From a virus (taxonomy: Duplodnaviria > Caudoviricetes): 64,000 bases of DNA. The stretch lies in IMG/VR virus record IMGVR_UViG_3300042013_000103; one strand, written 5' to 3'. A model generated the notes under the pieces. It ran no database searches and was not told the origin of the DNA. It worked only from the letters and a program-made list of their open reading frames with translations. Position 1 is the first letter of the stretch, and every line of letters begins with the position of its first letter. A program made the translations under genes and the position numbers. Positions 35,348-45,044 of the stretch are shown piece by piece.

Positions 35348-36439
35348 TTAGCCTTGAACGTAGATCCGTTCGAACTCCAGCTTAAGGTGCGTTTGTACCC
35401 GCTGCATGGCATCGGCCGCTTCCTCGAGGGTGTCGGCGGTGAAGCTGTACATCGTTTGTCCTATGGTTGCTTGGATCAGTGCCAACTTTGGAACGGGGGT
35501 GTCACTCGGCATGGACCGATTGCACGCCGCTTCTCGCTGTTCCCGACGGATCCGGTTCAAGTTATTGGAAAGGTGCGTGTAGGCCAATGCCACCCCTTCG
35601 ATACTCAGGGCTAGGGCACCGTCTGGTAGTAAGTCCTTAGTTCGATCTTGGGTGGTTTCCTGCTGTTGCTCTGGTGGCGTGTCGACACTCAGTGGAGGAT
35701 TTGAGTTGGCTAACGCCATTCGTACCATGTTGGCGACCACCGCATACGACAGTGGACCATCGAATTGCTCGGGTGCATTCATGCTCACCCTGAGTTCGTG
35801 ATTCTTATCGGTCCACGGCCACATAACCGAACCGCTCACCTGGACGTGATCTAGATTGCGCAGGTGCGCATAGGCCAAGAAAATCGCCTTGTCCAAGGGG
35901 GTGGAATAAGCCACGTAGCTAACCCGTTCTTCGTCACTGGTCACCAGTTGCAGTTCTTGCAAGTACAGCATTGCATTCCGCAGGGTACTCCCTGCGTTCA
36001 CCAAGTCTGAAAACTTAATGATGTTGTCGGAAATGTCCACGTGCGGTCCTTTTAAATTACTGTTGTCATTTCTTACGTTTATTGGGGTGAATTCATTGAT
36101 TGGCAGGGGGGCGTACTGCCGGTCGTCGCGTAGGGCTAAAAAGACCCGACGGGTGAGGTTCGTCAAAGGCCCCAACCGATGAGTGTGTTTCAATCCATCC
36201 GTCACCACTAGCTGTTGGTTTTCCGCCAACGCCAGAAACCGATCATTGGAAAAGTAAATCCTGTACCCCGCTTGCAGGAAAAACCGCATCGCCTCAAGCA
36301 CGGAAAATGCTTGGGTACGGGGTAAGTAAGCGGCTAAGGCTTCGCGGTTGATGCCCGGGGAATTGAACACGTAAGCTTTACGGTCCCCACCGGACATTTT
36401 TTCCAACGTGGCGACGCGAATCATCTGGGGCTGGTACAT
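35348..36439 (-). CDS. Hypothetical protein (early region)
   Basis: 363-aa ORF with SD; no recognised motif. Confidence 0.6.
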   Translation of the reverse strand: MYQPQMIRVATLEKMSGGDRKAYVFNSPGINREALAAYLPRTQAFSVLEAMRFFLQAGYRIYFSNDRFLALAENQQLVVTDGLKHTHRLGPLTNLTRRVFLALRDDRQYAPLPINEFTPINVRNDNSNLKGPHVDISDNIIKFSDLVNAGSTLRNAMLYLQELQLVTSDEERVSYVAYSTPLDKAIFLAYAHLRNLDHVQVSGSVMWPWTDKNHELRVSMNAPEQFDGPLSYAVVANMVRMALANSNPPLSVDTPPEQQQETTQDRTKDLLPDGALALSIEGVALAYTHLSNNLNRIRREQREAACNRSMPSDTPVPKLALIQATIGQTMYSFTADTLEEAADAMQRVQTHLKLEFERIYVQG

Positions 36440-36488
36440 TGTAATTTCCTAGTCGATGGGTTTATGCCGGGGTTTGGTTTGGTTACGG

Positions 36489-37502
36489 TTATTGCGGTTC
36501 CCAGGCCCCGTTGACGAACTCAGGGAACCGGGTGACGAGTCGCAGGGCGGTGATGATCCCCCCTGTGTGTTGAGCATACGTGTGAGCAAGCCGAACCGCT
36601 TCGTCCATGGGTGCTGTAATTTGGACAGTGTTGGTGTGGTCGTACTCGACTTCCAGATTGATTGAATTCAACAGCCGGTTGTCGTCTTTAAAGGACATAG
36701 GGAGCGTAACACGCTCATCGAACTGGTCCATCGGTTCATTGTTCAATTGAGAAGCCAATCCATGAAACGGGCTGGTGTTTGGCAAGGCAGCTAACACTTT
36801 GCGCAGTTCACTGATCGGGTGTGGTTTTCCGGTCACACTTCCGGCTCGGATTTGGAACTGCCCTGCCCAGTGACCCTTACCCCCGATCAACAGGTGGTAA
36901 CCATCCATCACATTACCTCCGTGTTCCAGTACCGATTGGAGTACGTACAACTGGCACAGCTGTGGGGTGGGCAAGTCTTTCGCGACAAAGGGTTGTCCGG
37001 ATAGGCCATGGCGTTTCATGTACTGCTTTACCTGGTCCTGAGTTTGGATACTTTCCCTGAGCTCAGCCCACGTGAGAACAAGCTTCGGTTCGTCTGTGTC
37101 TTTAGGGTTCACCTGTTCATTTTTCATAGTGTCGTCTTTGGCAGCCTGCCGCGCTAACTCAGTGAAATGGCTGGTTAAATTGAGTTCATCCAGCACCTTG
37201 CCCAAATCCGCTACGGAATACACGTCGGAGATATGCTCCTTGTCTTTAAAGTAAAACTGGTCCAACCCCGTGGGGACGAGGGCAAGGGAGGTTTTCATTA
37301 AGCTACGTTCAGTGACTGTTCCGTTGTGGTTCAGAATGGTTTTGATTACAAACAGTCGCCACTGGGCCTCTGTCCAGAACGGGCACCGTGGATCAGGGGC
37401 ACCCCAGCGCCAGCGGTGGGTGTCAAAGAAACGGTCTACATCATCGGGGGTTTTGATTTGCTGGACCAGTTCATCCAAATAAAACTGTTGACGTATAGCC
37501 AC
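36489..37502 (-). CDS. Hypothetical protein with an internally duplicated domain
   Basis: GTG start with AGAGGA SD; two ~115-aa repeats. Confidence 0.65.
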   Translation of the reverse strand: MAIRQQFYLDELVQQIKTPDDVDRFFDTHRWRWGAPDPRCPFWTEAQWRLFVIKTILNHNGTVTERSLMKTSLALVPTGLDQFYFKDKEHISDVYSVADLGKVLDELNLTSHFTELARQAAKDDTMKNEQVNPKDTDEPKLVLTWAELRESIQTQDQVKQYMKRHGLSGQPFVAKDLPTPQLCQLYVLQSVLEHGGNVMDGYHLLIGGKGHWAGQFQIRAGSVTGKPHPISELRKVLAALPNTSPFHGLASQLNNEPMDQFDERVTLPMSFKDDNRLLNSINLEVEYDHTNTVQITAPMDEAVRLAHTYAQHTGGIITALRLVTRFPEFVNGAWEPQ

Positions 37503-37566
37503 GGTGGAAATTCCTCTTGACGGCATAAGGGGAGATCCCTGAGGAGGATCTCTTAAGTGGTGACCA

Positions 37567-37592
37567 CTTCTGTTATATAGTTCTGACTTTTT
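37567..37592 (-). promoter_or_regulatory. Early-type promoter variant (TATATAAC)
   Basis: 25 of 26 bp identical to 30600-30625. Confidence 0.65.
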
Positions 37593-37597
37593 CTATA

Positions 37598-37936
37598 CTA
37601 GTCGAACAACACGCCAGGACGGTCTAATTTACTGATGTCTGAGGTGACGTGATTGTGACCCGCCTCGTCTTGGTACAGGTACACCCCATCGGCCAACCCC
37701 ACACCCCATTGCTTTTCCAGCAAGCGGTTGATGACCATGGTGGTGCATTCACTCTGATTCAAATCGGCATCGTAGTAACGTTCCGTATCGGTAGGCCACA
37801 GTCGCTCAGCGGCGATGTGTTCGTGCAGGGTCTTTTGTAGGATAGCTTCTTCGATTTCATACAACATCATGATAGGCCAGCACATGGTACAGGTTCCTTT
37901 TGGCGGGAGTTTTCTTTTTGGGTTTTCTGAATACAA
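37598..37936 (-). CDS. Hypothetical protein
   Basis: 112-aa ORF with TTG start; start uncertain. Confidence 0.5.
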   Translation of the reverse strand: MYSENPKRKLPPKGTCTMCWPIMMLYEIEEAILQKTLHEHIAAERLWPTDTERYYDADLNQSECTTMVINRLLEKQWGVGLADGVYLYQDEAGHNHVTSDISKLDRPGVLFD

Positions 37937-38099
37937 AGTAGTTCCCTTCTCCTAAGGGAGAAGTAGAGCTAAGGATGTTGTAGCTTAAGCTACAACGGGT
38001 TAATACGAAATAAAGCCTTCCTCCTTTGATCTTAGGACACCCCCCAACTCATTTTATTTACACGCTGAGTAATTCTTCCCTAAGGCAAAAGAAAAGAAC

Positions 38100-38131
38100 T
38101 TACTGGATCCCTCAAACGAGAGACCCAGTAA
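38100..38131 (-). terminator. Intrinsic terminator
   Basis: TTACTGG..CCAGTAA stem followed by GTTCTTTTCTTTT on the minus strand. Confidence 0.65.
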
Positions 38132-38136
38132 TGTTG

Positions 38137-38526
38137 TTATGCCGTGACAGGCAACACCGCAGGAGGCGCAAACACAGGAGCGGAGAGGTCAACCAACGTC
38201 GCCGCTTCGGTATGAACGTACTTGGTTCCGAACAACAGCTCGTTGATCTGACTGGCGTAGTGCTGACCAGCAGGATCACGTTCCATCAAACGGATGCAGC
38301 AACTGCCATGCCCACCGGTGTCGGTCCAGTAGGTATAGACCTGTTGGACGTTGCCCAACCCAGGGCGGGACTTGTCACGTTTAGCCATCACAGCAATCAC
38401 GTTGCACTTCATATCCACCGGTACGTCAAACAATGCACCGTCATACGAGCTTTTGGTCAGCTCATTAATCTGCACCAGCTTAGCATTCAGTTCTTGGATC
38501 CGGACATCACGTTCTTGTTCGATCAT
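38137..38526 (-). CDS. Hypothetical protein
   Basis: Start refined to MIEQ (AGGA SD). Confidence 0.55.
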   Translation of the reverse strand: MIEQERDVRIQELNAKLVQINELTKSSYDGALFDVPVDMKCNVIAVMAKRDKSRPGLGNVQQVYTYWTDTGGHGSCCIRLMERDPAGQHYASQINELLFGTKYVHTEAATLVDLSAPVFAPPAVLPVTA

Positions 38527-38536
38527 TGCGGGGTTC

Positions 38537-38959
38537 CTATTGGACTGGGGCAACCGTAGCCAACTCGTGGGCACGAGCAGCTTCGAGGAAGCGGGAAAAG
38601 GCGTGGATGAAATGAGCAGAGGCGTAGCTGTACGACTTCTGGCGCACCTCAGTTTTCACATGGAAACGTTCGGTGGTGGTGTCGTACCAGATCGACACCC
38701 GGAAGCCACCCACGAGGTTGATCCACAGGGGACCAACATGGGTGATGTTGTGGCGATAGATACCGGCCAGTGACGCGAACGTCACCAGGTCAAACACTTC
38801 GGCCGGAAGACTGGCTTCGGCGGTGTCCAACATCCGCCACAATGGGTCTTGGTCAGGGAAACGGGTGTAGAGTTCCAGCGTGTGTTCGATGGCGTTCAGC
38901 ACCGTGATCTCATTGAGCACGTACGCCGCCAACACGGATTGCAAACTGTCGTAAGTCAT
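38537..38959 (-). CDS. Hypothetical protein
   Basis: Start refined to MTYD (GAGG SD). Confidence 0.55.
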   Translation of the reverse strand: MTYDSLQSVLAAYVLNEITVLNAIEHTLELYTRFPDQDPLWRMLDTAEASLPAEVFDLVTFASLAGIYRHNITHVGPLWINLVGGFRVSIWYDTTTERFHVKTEVRQKSYSYASAHFIHAFSRFLEAARAHELATVAPVQ

Positions 38960-38969
38960 GTCAATAACC

Positions 38970-39404
38970 TCAACGAGGGAACAGTGCCGTCTCGCCCTCA
39001 ATTTCTGGAAAGGCGGTAAGCAAACCGTCCAGCACGTCATCGGGCAAGTCGATGGCACCGGGTACTGCAGGTGCTTCGGGCGGTAAGCCAGACCACAGGA
39101 CCACTGCTTTACGAAAGCCAGTGCGGTAACGGGGCAGGATGTCCGCCAAGGCCTTGTGGAACTTCTTGCCGTTCACCAAATAGATCGCCGCCCCGTTGGG
39201 CAGGGTTACTACACGTGCCGGTACCCGCGTAGCCAGTACCCGCGCAATGGCTCGGTGGGCGTAGGTGAATTGACGACGGGCTTGGTAGCGCTCACATTGA
39301 GTGACAGCCAAGCGAATGAGTTCCACTAGGTCGGTGAAGATCAGTTCGGTTTTCTTGCACCCCGACAACTGCCGGAGTTCAGCGTAGGTATAATGCAGGG
39401 CCAT
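38970..39404 (-). CDS. Hypothetical protein
   Basis: AGGAG SD; 144 aa. Confidence 0.55.
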   Translation of the reverse strand: MALHYTYAELRQLSGCKKTELIFTDLVELIRLAVTQCERYQARRQFTYAHRAIARVLATRVPARVVTLPNGAAIYLVNGKKFHKALADILPRYRTGFRKAVVLWSGLPPEAPAVPGAIDLPDDVLDGLLTAFPEIEGETALFPR

Positions 39405-39419
39405 GAGGCGCTCCTAAGG

Positions 39420-39833
39420 TTAAGAGTTGAGGTCGTACTTAAAACCACGGGCACGATACAGGTGGAAGAAGAACTCCACAGCCGCGAGGAGTTTGTCCTT
39501 GTCAAACAGACTGATGAAGTCTTGGTCTGTGGCGTAGCTGACCGCGTAGTCCTCACCAGTACGGTAAAGGTTGATGGCCTGACCGTGAGTTTCGATACAC
39601 AGGTCACTCCCGTTGATCAGGAAGCGTTCCAGCCCGTACGCGACCAACGACGCTCCCACGAGACGGTTCCATTTTGGATCGTTCTCAAGGTGCAGGGCAC
39701 GGTACTGTTCTTGCAGGGTGGTGAACCGGAGATCGAAGGTCATGGTGGGATCCAGTTGCACCAGGGTGCGGATCAACGTGTCCACGTCACCTTCACGGGC
39801 GTACAGTTCCAGGGCGTCATTCAATTTAGTCAT
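39420..39833 (-). CDS. Hypothetical protein
   Basis: Start refined to MTKL (GAGGA SD). Confidence 0.55.
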   Translation of the reverse strand: MTKLNDALELYAREGDVDTLIRTLVQLDPTMTFDLRFTTLQEQYRALHLENDPKWNRLVGASLVAYGLERFLINGSDLCIETHGQAINLYRTGEDYAVSYATDQDFISLFDKDKLLAAVEFFFHLYRARGFKYDLNS

Positions 39834-39888
39834 TACATTTTCCTCTTGGTAAAACGGAATAGAACGTGGCCCCGAGAGGCCACGGCAG

Positions 39889-41163
39889 TTATTGGACCTT
39901 ACGTACGAAGCAAGGCACCGGGTACAAGCACGCGTAGGTTTCACTGTCACCCAACGTGTACCGATGAAACCCTTGAGTCAATAGAAAGTCTAGGCTTCCC
40001 CCGGGGGTGGAATGGGCTCGAGTCATGTCGAGGTCGATTCCTGTGAAGGTAAACACCCACGAGGCATCGCCCAATCGAACCTTGGCCGAACGCAGCTGGT
40101 AGCCATCGTACGTGAACATAATGCGCGAGCGGGCATCTGCTTCACTCAGGTCACCCGATGCAGCAGTCGGGTCGATGGCATGATAAGCCTGAACCAACTT
40201 AATCATCATTTCCTCGCCTTTCCGGGCGTTCTCTTTGATGGCTTGGTGGTCGCTCAGGGCATTGAACGTCGCACCAACGGGTTTCGTTACCGGCTCAGTG
40301 AACGGGTGTACGATGGAGGTATTCGGAGCTGGGGCTTGGCCAGCCCATGCATTGAGGAACGGCCACTGCTTCGGGTTGTAGTGACGGTCCAAGGCCGCGA
40401 ACATCACCGGGGTGGTGACGTACCCGGTCGATTCTTCTTTCCCATGGGTTTGGTAGAACCGGTTCCGCAGGGTGATCAAGAAGTTGTCCCAATCCCACGG
40501 GGAGAAGAACTCGTTACGGCCGTGGTGGTGCGCGACAAAGTGCACCAATGACGCAGTATGGCACACCGAAACGACACCTACCGTCCGATGTTCCTGTTCC
40601 AAGTCGAGGTCCATCACAGCCAGGCCCACGATCAAATACCCCGTACGGTTATCACCCACCGCCACCAGGCGCCCATCGGCCAGATCTTGCGGAGTCAACA
40701 AGCCGATTTGTTCCGGGTGCCACACGGTAAACACCCCCGAACACTCCGCCAAGAACAACTCTTCCATGGTGGTACCAAACCCCGACAATTCTTCGATGTT
40801 ACCCTCGTAACGATAAAAGAACGCTTCAAATGCCGTCAACGGGTTGTATTCCGCAAAGTATTCATAGGTGGCGTGGTGGGCAACGTCGAGGATGCTGTAC
40901 GGCGCGTCTTTTAGTTCGATACCGAACGCATGCAAGGTCGCGGCGGGGGTGGTGCCATGATTCGGTTGTGTGTAGGTATGTTTGCTCAGGTCGAGGACGT
41001 ATTCCCGGCCCGAGTACGTTTTGGTCAAACGAAACGAATGGACCATGCGCATCACCAATTGCTCGGCCGACATGCCGCGGCATTGGTGGTACAGCTGTTG
41101 GGTCTTTTTGTCCATGTGGTGGACACTGTTGTGAATGGCACTGGCTACGGATGCAAAAGACAT
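39889..41163 (-). CDS. Hypothetical protein
   Basis: 424-aa ORF; no recognised motif. Confidence 0.6.
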   Translation of the reverse strand: MSFASVASAIHNSVHHMDKKTQQLYHQCRGMSAEQLVMRMVHSFRLTKTYSGREYVLDLSKHTYTQPNHGTTPAATLHAFGIELKDAPYSILDVAHHATYEYFAEYNPLTAFEAFFYRYEGNIEELSGFGTTMEELFLAECSGVFTVWHPEQIGLLTPQDLADGRLVAVGDNRTGYLIVGLAVMDLDLEQEHRTVGVVSVCHTASLVHFVAHHHGRNEFFSPWDWDNFLITLRNRFYQTHGKEESTGYVTTPVMFAALDRHYNPKQWPFLNAWAGQAPAPNTSIVHPFTEPVTKPVGATFNALSDHQAIKENARKGEEMMIKLVQAYHAIDPTAASGDLSEADARSRIMFTYDGYQLRSAKVRLGDASWVFTFTGIDLDMTRAHSTPGGSLDFLLTQGFHRYTLGDSETYACLYPVPCFVRKVQ

Positions 41164-41190
41164 TGTTAGATTCCTATTAGAAAAAGAGAG

Positions 41191-41376
41191 TTACCAGGTT
41201 TTGGCCACGAGGACGACAAACAGCACGACCTCAATCAAGAAAGTCCAGGTCACCAAGTGCCGTACGGACAACTGCTTCAGTACGTTACTGCCTTCAATGA
41301 CCAAACTGACCCAGATGCCGGCGAAGATGATCAACGCGAACGTTACAACGATGTTGCCTGCAATCAACGCACCCAT
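41191..41376 (-). CDS. Small two-TM membrane protein
   Basis: 61 aa, almost entirely hydrophobic. Confidence 0.5.
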   Translation of the reverse strand: MGALIAGNIVVTFALIIFAGIWVSLVIEGSNVLKQLSVRHLVTWTFLIEVVLFVVLVAKTW

Positions 41377-41546
41377 GGAAATGCTCCGGCGAGTAGAGTG
41401 TAAGAAGAGCAGGGCTTCTGTGGGTTCGTACAGAACTCACTAGACACAAACCCTACCGGTTTTACCAGTTGCGTGTAGAAAACCGCCCCAGCGAGGCCTA
41501 GGGCGCTTCCGACCACCAACACAACGACCAACAGCTTGTGTTTCAT
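41364..41546 (-). CDS. Small N-anchored membrane protein
   Basis: MKHKLLVVVLVVGSALGLAGAVF; two Cys. Confidence 0.5.
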   Translation of the reverse strand: MKHKLLVVVLVVGSALGLAGAVFYTQLVKPVGFVSSEFCTNPQKPCSSYTLLAGAFPWVR

Positions 41547-42157
41547 GCCTTGACCGCCTTGGGTGCTGCTTTGCGACCGGTCAGGCTGGTGGTGATGTAC
41601 TTGTTGAAGTCGACTTCATTGCCGCAGAAGTCATACTCCAAGTAGTCCACCCCGCTGTCAAACTTCACGTCTTCGGTCACGGTGGCTTGGAACACCAACG
41701 TCACTTCACGGCGATCGGTCACCAGCTTGTCGAAGTACAGGCTGACGATGGCATCTTCTGGCAACACCGGTTCGTTGAACTGGTTGGTGAAGTCCACGCT
41801 GTTGTCGATGATGTGCTTGGCGGTGTCATAAAACGTTTGCCGCACCAAGTCGTCCCCGTTCAACCCGTCCGTCACCAGGTCTTCGTGGTTCATCAGGTCC
41901 GACACCAAACCCGTGGCTTGACGTTTGCCGCTCTCCAGCGTTTCCATCCAACCCACGTGGAGACGCGAACCGTCCTCGCGCAGTACCTGGAAGTGTATCG
42001 CCACCCGGACTTTCTTGAAGTCCTTCACGTCCAGGGTTTTTGGCACCAGGCACACCACGTCGTGCAACCGACGAAACGCGTCATCGGTGGTGATGTACGT
42101 GCTGCTGACTGGGTACAGGCTAGCCGGAACAGCGAGGTGCATAATGGACAGAGTCAT
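41543..42157 (-). CDS. Hypothetical protein, possibly a degenerate Nudix fold
   Basis: Good codon bias; layout loosely resembles Nudix-like phosphoesterases but no intact Nudix box. Confidence 0.35.
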   Translation of the reverse strand: MTLSIMHLAVPASLYPVSSTYITTDDAFRRLHDVVCLVPKTLDVKDFKKVRVAIHFQVLREDGSRLHVGWMETLESGKRQATGLVSDLMNHEDLVTDGLNGDDLVRQTFYDTAKHIIDNSVDFTNQFNEPVLPEDAIVSLYFDKLVTDRREVTLVFQATVTEDVKFDSGVDYLEYDFCGNEVDFNKYITTSLTGRKAAPKAVKA

Positions 42158-42216
42158 GGCGTATCCCCTAAAAAGAAAAATGGTGAATGGAGGCCAAAGC
42201 CTCCACTGCTCAAGCG

Positions 42217-42483
42217 TTAGATTACGAACTCAACGAAATCCGTGATCTCAGACAGGTAGAGAGCCGAAGCTATCAAAGAATCCTGTATCCGACCATCGTG
42301 CGCGGTCTGCCACATCCTGGCCACTGAGCCGTTGATGATGGCATTGGCGCCGGTGAGGGTAAGATCGCAGATTAAGCGAGATTCAATGCTGCCCAACGAT
42401 CGAACGAATTCGAACGCGGTCAGGTTGTCAGCACGGGCGACAGTTTCATCGATCAGCTGACGGGTCATGTTGGTGAGTTGCAT
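42217..42483 (-). CDS. Hypothetical protein
   Basis: Start refined to MQLT (AGGA SD). Confidence 0.55.
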   Translation of the reverse strand: MQLTNMTRQLIDETVARADNLTAFEFVRSLGSIESRLICDLTLTGANAIINGSVARMWQTAHDGRIQDSLIASALYLSEITDFVEFVI

Positions 42484-42559
42484 TATAATGTTCCTATTGA
42501 TAGCGTTAAAAAGGTCAACGTACAGAAAATAAAGGAACCTGTGAAAGCGTTCCGGGGGC

Positions 42560-42904
42560 TTACAGGGGATCGTTATTAGTATCCAGTTCTTTGTTGTACT
42601 TCCCGAGCAGGTTGAACTTGACTTCAAACTCCATGGACGGTTGCGTGTCCATGTGCTTGTGCCCCAAATGCCCTGGGTAACGACCAGGGAACTTGGAGAA
42701 CAGCAAGGTTCCGATGGTCCCGTCGGTGTTCCGGGCATTCATTTGGATGTACCACCAGATCGGGTCACCGCGCTCTTCATTTTCCACGACCCGCCCAAAC
42801 CCATCGCGTCCTTTGTAGGCTTGGATCGCTTGGACGTTCAGGTTCAACACGGTGGCGATGAAACCCAGGCAGTCCTTCAAACACTCGTCCGTCGTTAACG
42901 TCAT
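42560..42904 (-). CDS. Hypothetical protein
   Basis: AAGGA SD; 114 aa. Confidence 0.55.
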   Translation of the reverse strand: MTLTTDECLKDCLGFIATVLNLNVQAIQAYKGRDGFGRVVENEERGDPIWWYIQMNARNTDGTIGTLLFSKFPGRYPGHLGHKHMDTQPSMEFEVKFNLLGKYNKELDTNNDPL

Positions 42905-42915
42905 TGCAATGTTCC

Positions 42916-43413
42916 TTAGCAGGTTGGGTCAACTAAACCCAGGCCGGTGGATTTATTGGGTTCTTTGTACCGCCGAACGATGGCTTCCAACAGGAGCACT
43001 GGCGTCCACTTGCTGAAGTACTCGGTGCGTCCTTGGTTAATCCAACCCCAATGACCACCACCACGCAAACCGATGTGTTCCAAGTGCAGTTCAAAGATAG
43101 GACCACAATCCCAACGACCGACCCGATGCGCTTCTTCAATGCGCAACCGACTGCTGGTATCAAGGGTAATCGCCAGCCCTTGGTTGAACATGTCGATCAG
43201 GACCTTTTCCCGCGTGGCGTCCAACAGCGTAAGGCCGTCGGTCACGATGTCTTTGGCCTGTGGGATGTCAAACGTCAAAGGCTGGTTCGTAAAGGCATCT
43301 ACCTGGTTGAGGGCACTCATGATACTCAGCCAGTTGTCCAGGGAACGTTCAGTGAACCCCGGACCCACCAACGCAAACAACGCGCGCTGCACCGGTTTCG
43401 ATAACTCGATCAT
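42916..43413 (-). CDS. Hypothetical protein
   Basis: Start refined to MIEL (AGGA SD). Confidence 0.55.
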   Translation of the reverse strand: MIELSKPVQRALFALVGPGFTERSLDNWLSIMSALNQVDAFTNQPLTFDIPQAKDIVTDGLTLLDATREKVLIDMFNQGLAITLDTSSRLRIEEAHRVGRWDCGPIFELHLEHIGLRGGGHWGWINQGRTEYFSKWTPVLLLEAIVRRYKEPNKSTGLGLVDPTC

Positions 43414-43501
43414 TGTAAGATTCCTATTAATAAAAGTACGGCGGGGATAAAAAATAAAACTGGAGCAGGCAGTTGGCCTACCTACCCCAGTGTGTTGCGC
43501 G

Positions 43502-43702
43502 TTAGAGCGCTTCGGCCACGCGCTCCGAATCGATCCCCGAGGTGGACTCGGTGTTACCGTTGACCAGGTTGCCGTCGGCATCGACTTCCGAGGTATTACC
43601 CGCGGTTGCATCTTTGCTGAAGGCGCCCATGCGGTAAGCGACGCCAGCGCCAGCTACCACGAGACCCAGGATCATGCCAGTTGCAGTCAGAATTGCTTTC
43701 AT
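43502..43702 (-). CDS. Small N-anchored membrane protein with acidic tail
   Basis: GGAG SD; TM followed by RMGAF. Confidence 0.55.
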   Translation of the reverse strand: MKAILTATGMILGLVVAGAGVAYRMGAFSKDATAGNTSEVDADGNLVNGNTESTSGIDSERVAEAL

Positions 43703-43718
43703 GTGTGTTACTCCAGTT

Positions 43719-43765
43719 GTGATATAGGTAGGTATTGCGGGTGTGTGATATAGTTGTTTAAAACG
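43719..43765 (-). promoter_or_regulatory. Tandem early-type promoter variants (TATATCAC twice)
   Basis: Plus-strand GTGATATA at 43719 and 43745; the second has the TTTAAA upstream element. Confidence 0.5.
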
Positions 43766-43766
43766 T

Positions 43767-45029
43767 TTAAACGTAAATCGTTACAGTGGTCCCAGCGGCG
43801 TGAGGTGAAAAATCCACCTCACGCCAGCCAGCCGCTTTGGCCTGTTGCGCAAAGCGTTGCATTTCGGCAGGACCAAACGTCGCAATAATGTTGAACGACA
43901 AGCCGCTTCGTCGCGCCAGTAGGGTGGCATCAGTTCGATCGTAACGGACAACCCGTTCGAACGTATCCACCAACATCCGGTATCGTTCTGGGTCAAACCC
44001 AGTATCCAACACTGACCAATCGGGACCGGTGAGTTGCGTCTCCGGCAAAGGAGCAGAGGCTTCCGGCGCTGGGTAACCACTGGGATGTGAAACGTCGCCC
44101 TCGGCTGGAGAAGCACCTTGGGCCATAGCGCGCAGCTCTTCTTTGGCCAAGGCCAAGAAAATCGGATTCTGCGGAGTTCGCGTCGAGCTGGTGTGTTGTT
44201 GCCAGAGGGCCAGCACAATTTCCATGGTCCGACGAAGAAGCGGATGCACTGCCTGCATGAAGTTGTGTACCCCGGTGGCCATCGGAGTGTACTGCTTGGC
44301 CCGCATGGCGTCCGCGATGTAATCAAACGCAATGACGCCATTATGGTGGCGGGGGCAACCGAAAAGCACGTATTGCTTCTGGCCTTGAAAATACAGCTCG
44401 ACCAAGAACAGGTCCTGGAAGCGACCCGGCATCAAATGACTCACCGGTCCGAACCCCGTGTCCTGGAACAACAACCGGTCCGAGGCACGAATCTCGCGCA
44501 ACAACGTCAACCCATGACCGCCGGGCAGGGCGTGCACTTGGTTTTGGTAAAAGACCTGCGCCACATCGGGGGTAACTTTACCCCAGTGCGCCTCCACCAA
44601 GGCACGCAGCTTATTCGGCTTGGTTTGTTCACGGGTAGCGGCGTCGTACCCCACAAAGACATCCGCCATTGGGCGGTTTTCACTGTTCGCGACAATGCTT
44701 TCGTTGAGGAGTTGTCCAACCAGGGTCATGTGCAACTGCATGTCGGAGGTAAAGCACAGATGCCGAATCGCGGTCAATACATCTTGTACGTATGCGACTG
44801 GCGATCCGGTACGTTGTTCCGCCGGGGTGGTTGCTTCAGCGATGACGGTGTAATACCGTTCACCCTGATAATGGAAGCCGACCTGGAGTGCACCACCGCC
44901 GTGGTCCCAATGACACAGTGGGGTGATGCTCATGTCAGAGAGTTGGGTGGCCAGTTGGTAATAATCGCCATGGACATCCGTGTCAAGCATTATGCTGTTT
45001 GTGGAACTGAGGATGTTGTTGAGGCGCAT
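43767..45029 (-). CDS. Hypothetical protein
   Basis: 420 aa; AAGGA SD. Confidence 0.6.
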   Translation of the reverse strand: MRLNNILSSTNSIMLDTDVHGDYYQLATQLSDMSITPLCHWDHGGGALQVGFHYQGERYYTVIAEATTPAEQRTGSPVAYVQDVLTAIRHLCFTSDMQLHMTLVGQLLNESIVANSENRPMADVFVGYDAATREQTKPNKLRALVEAHWGKVTPDVAQVFYQNQVHALPGGHGLTLLREIRASDRLLFQDTGFGPVSHLMPGRFQDLFLVELYFQGQKQYVLFGCPRHHNGVIAFDYIADAMRAKQYTPMATGVHNFMQAVHPLLRRTMEIVLALWQQHTSSTRTPQNPIFLALAKEELRAMAQGASPAEGDVSHPSGYPAPEASAPLPETQLTGPDWSVLDTGFDPERYRMLVDTFERVVRYDRTDATLLARRSGLSFNIIATFGPAEMQRFAQQAKAAGWREVDFSPHAAGTTVTIYV

Positions 45030-45044
45030 TGGAAGTTCCTTGTG

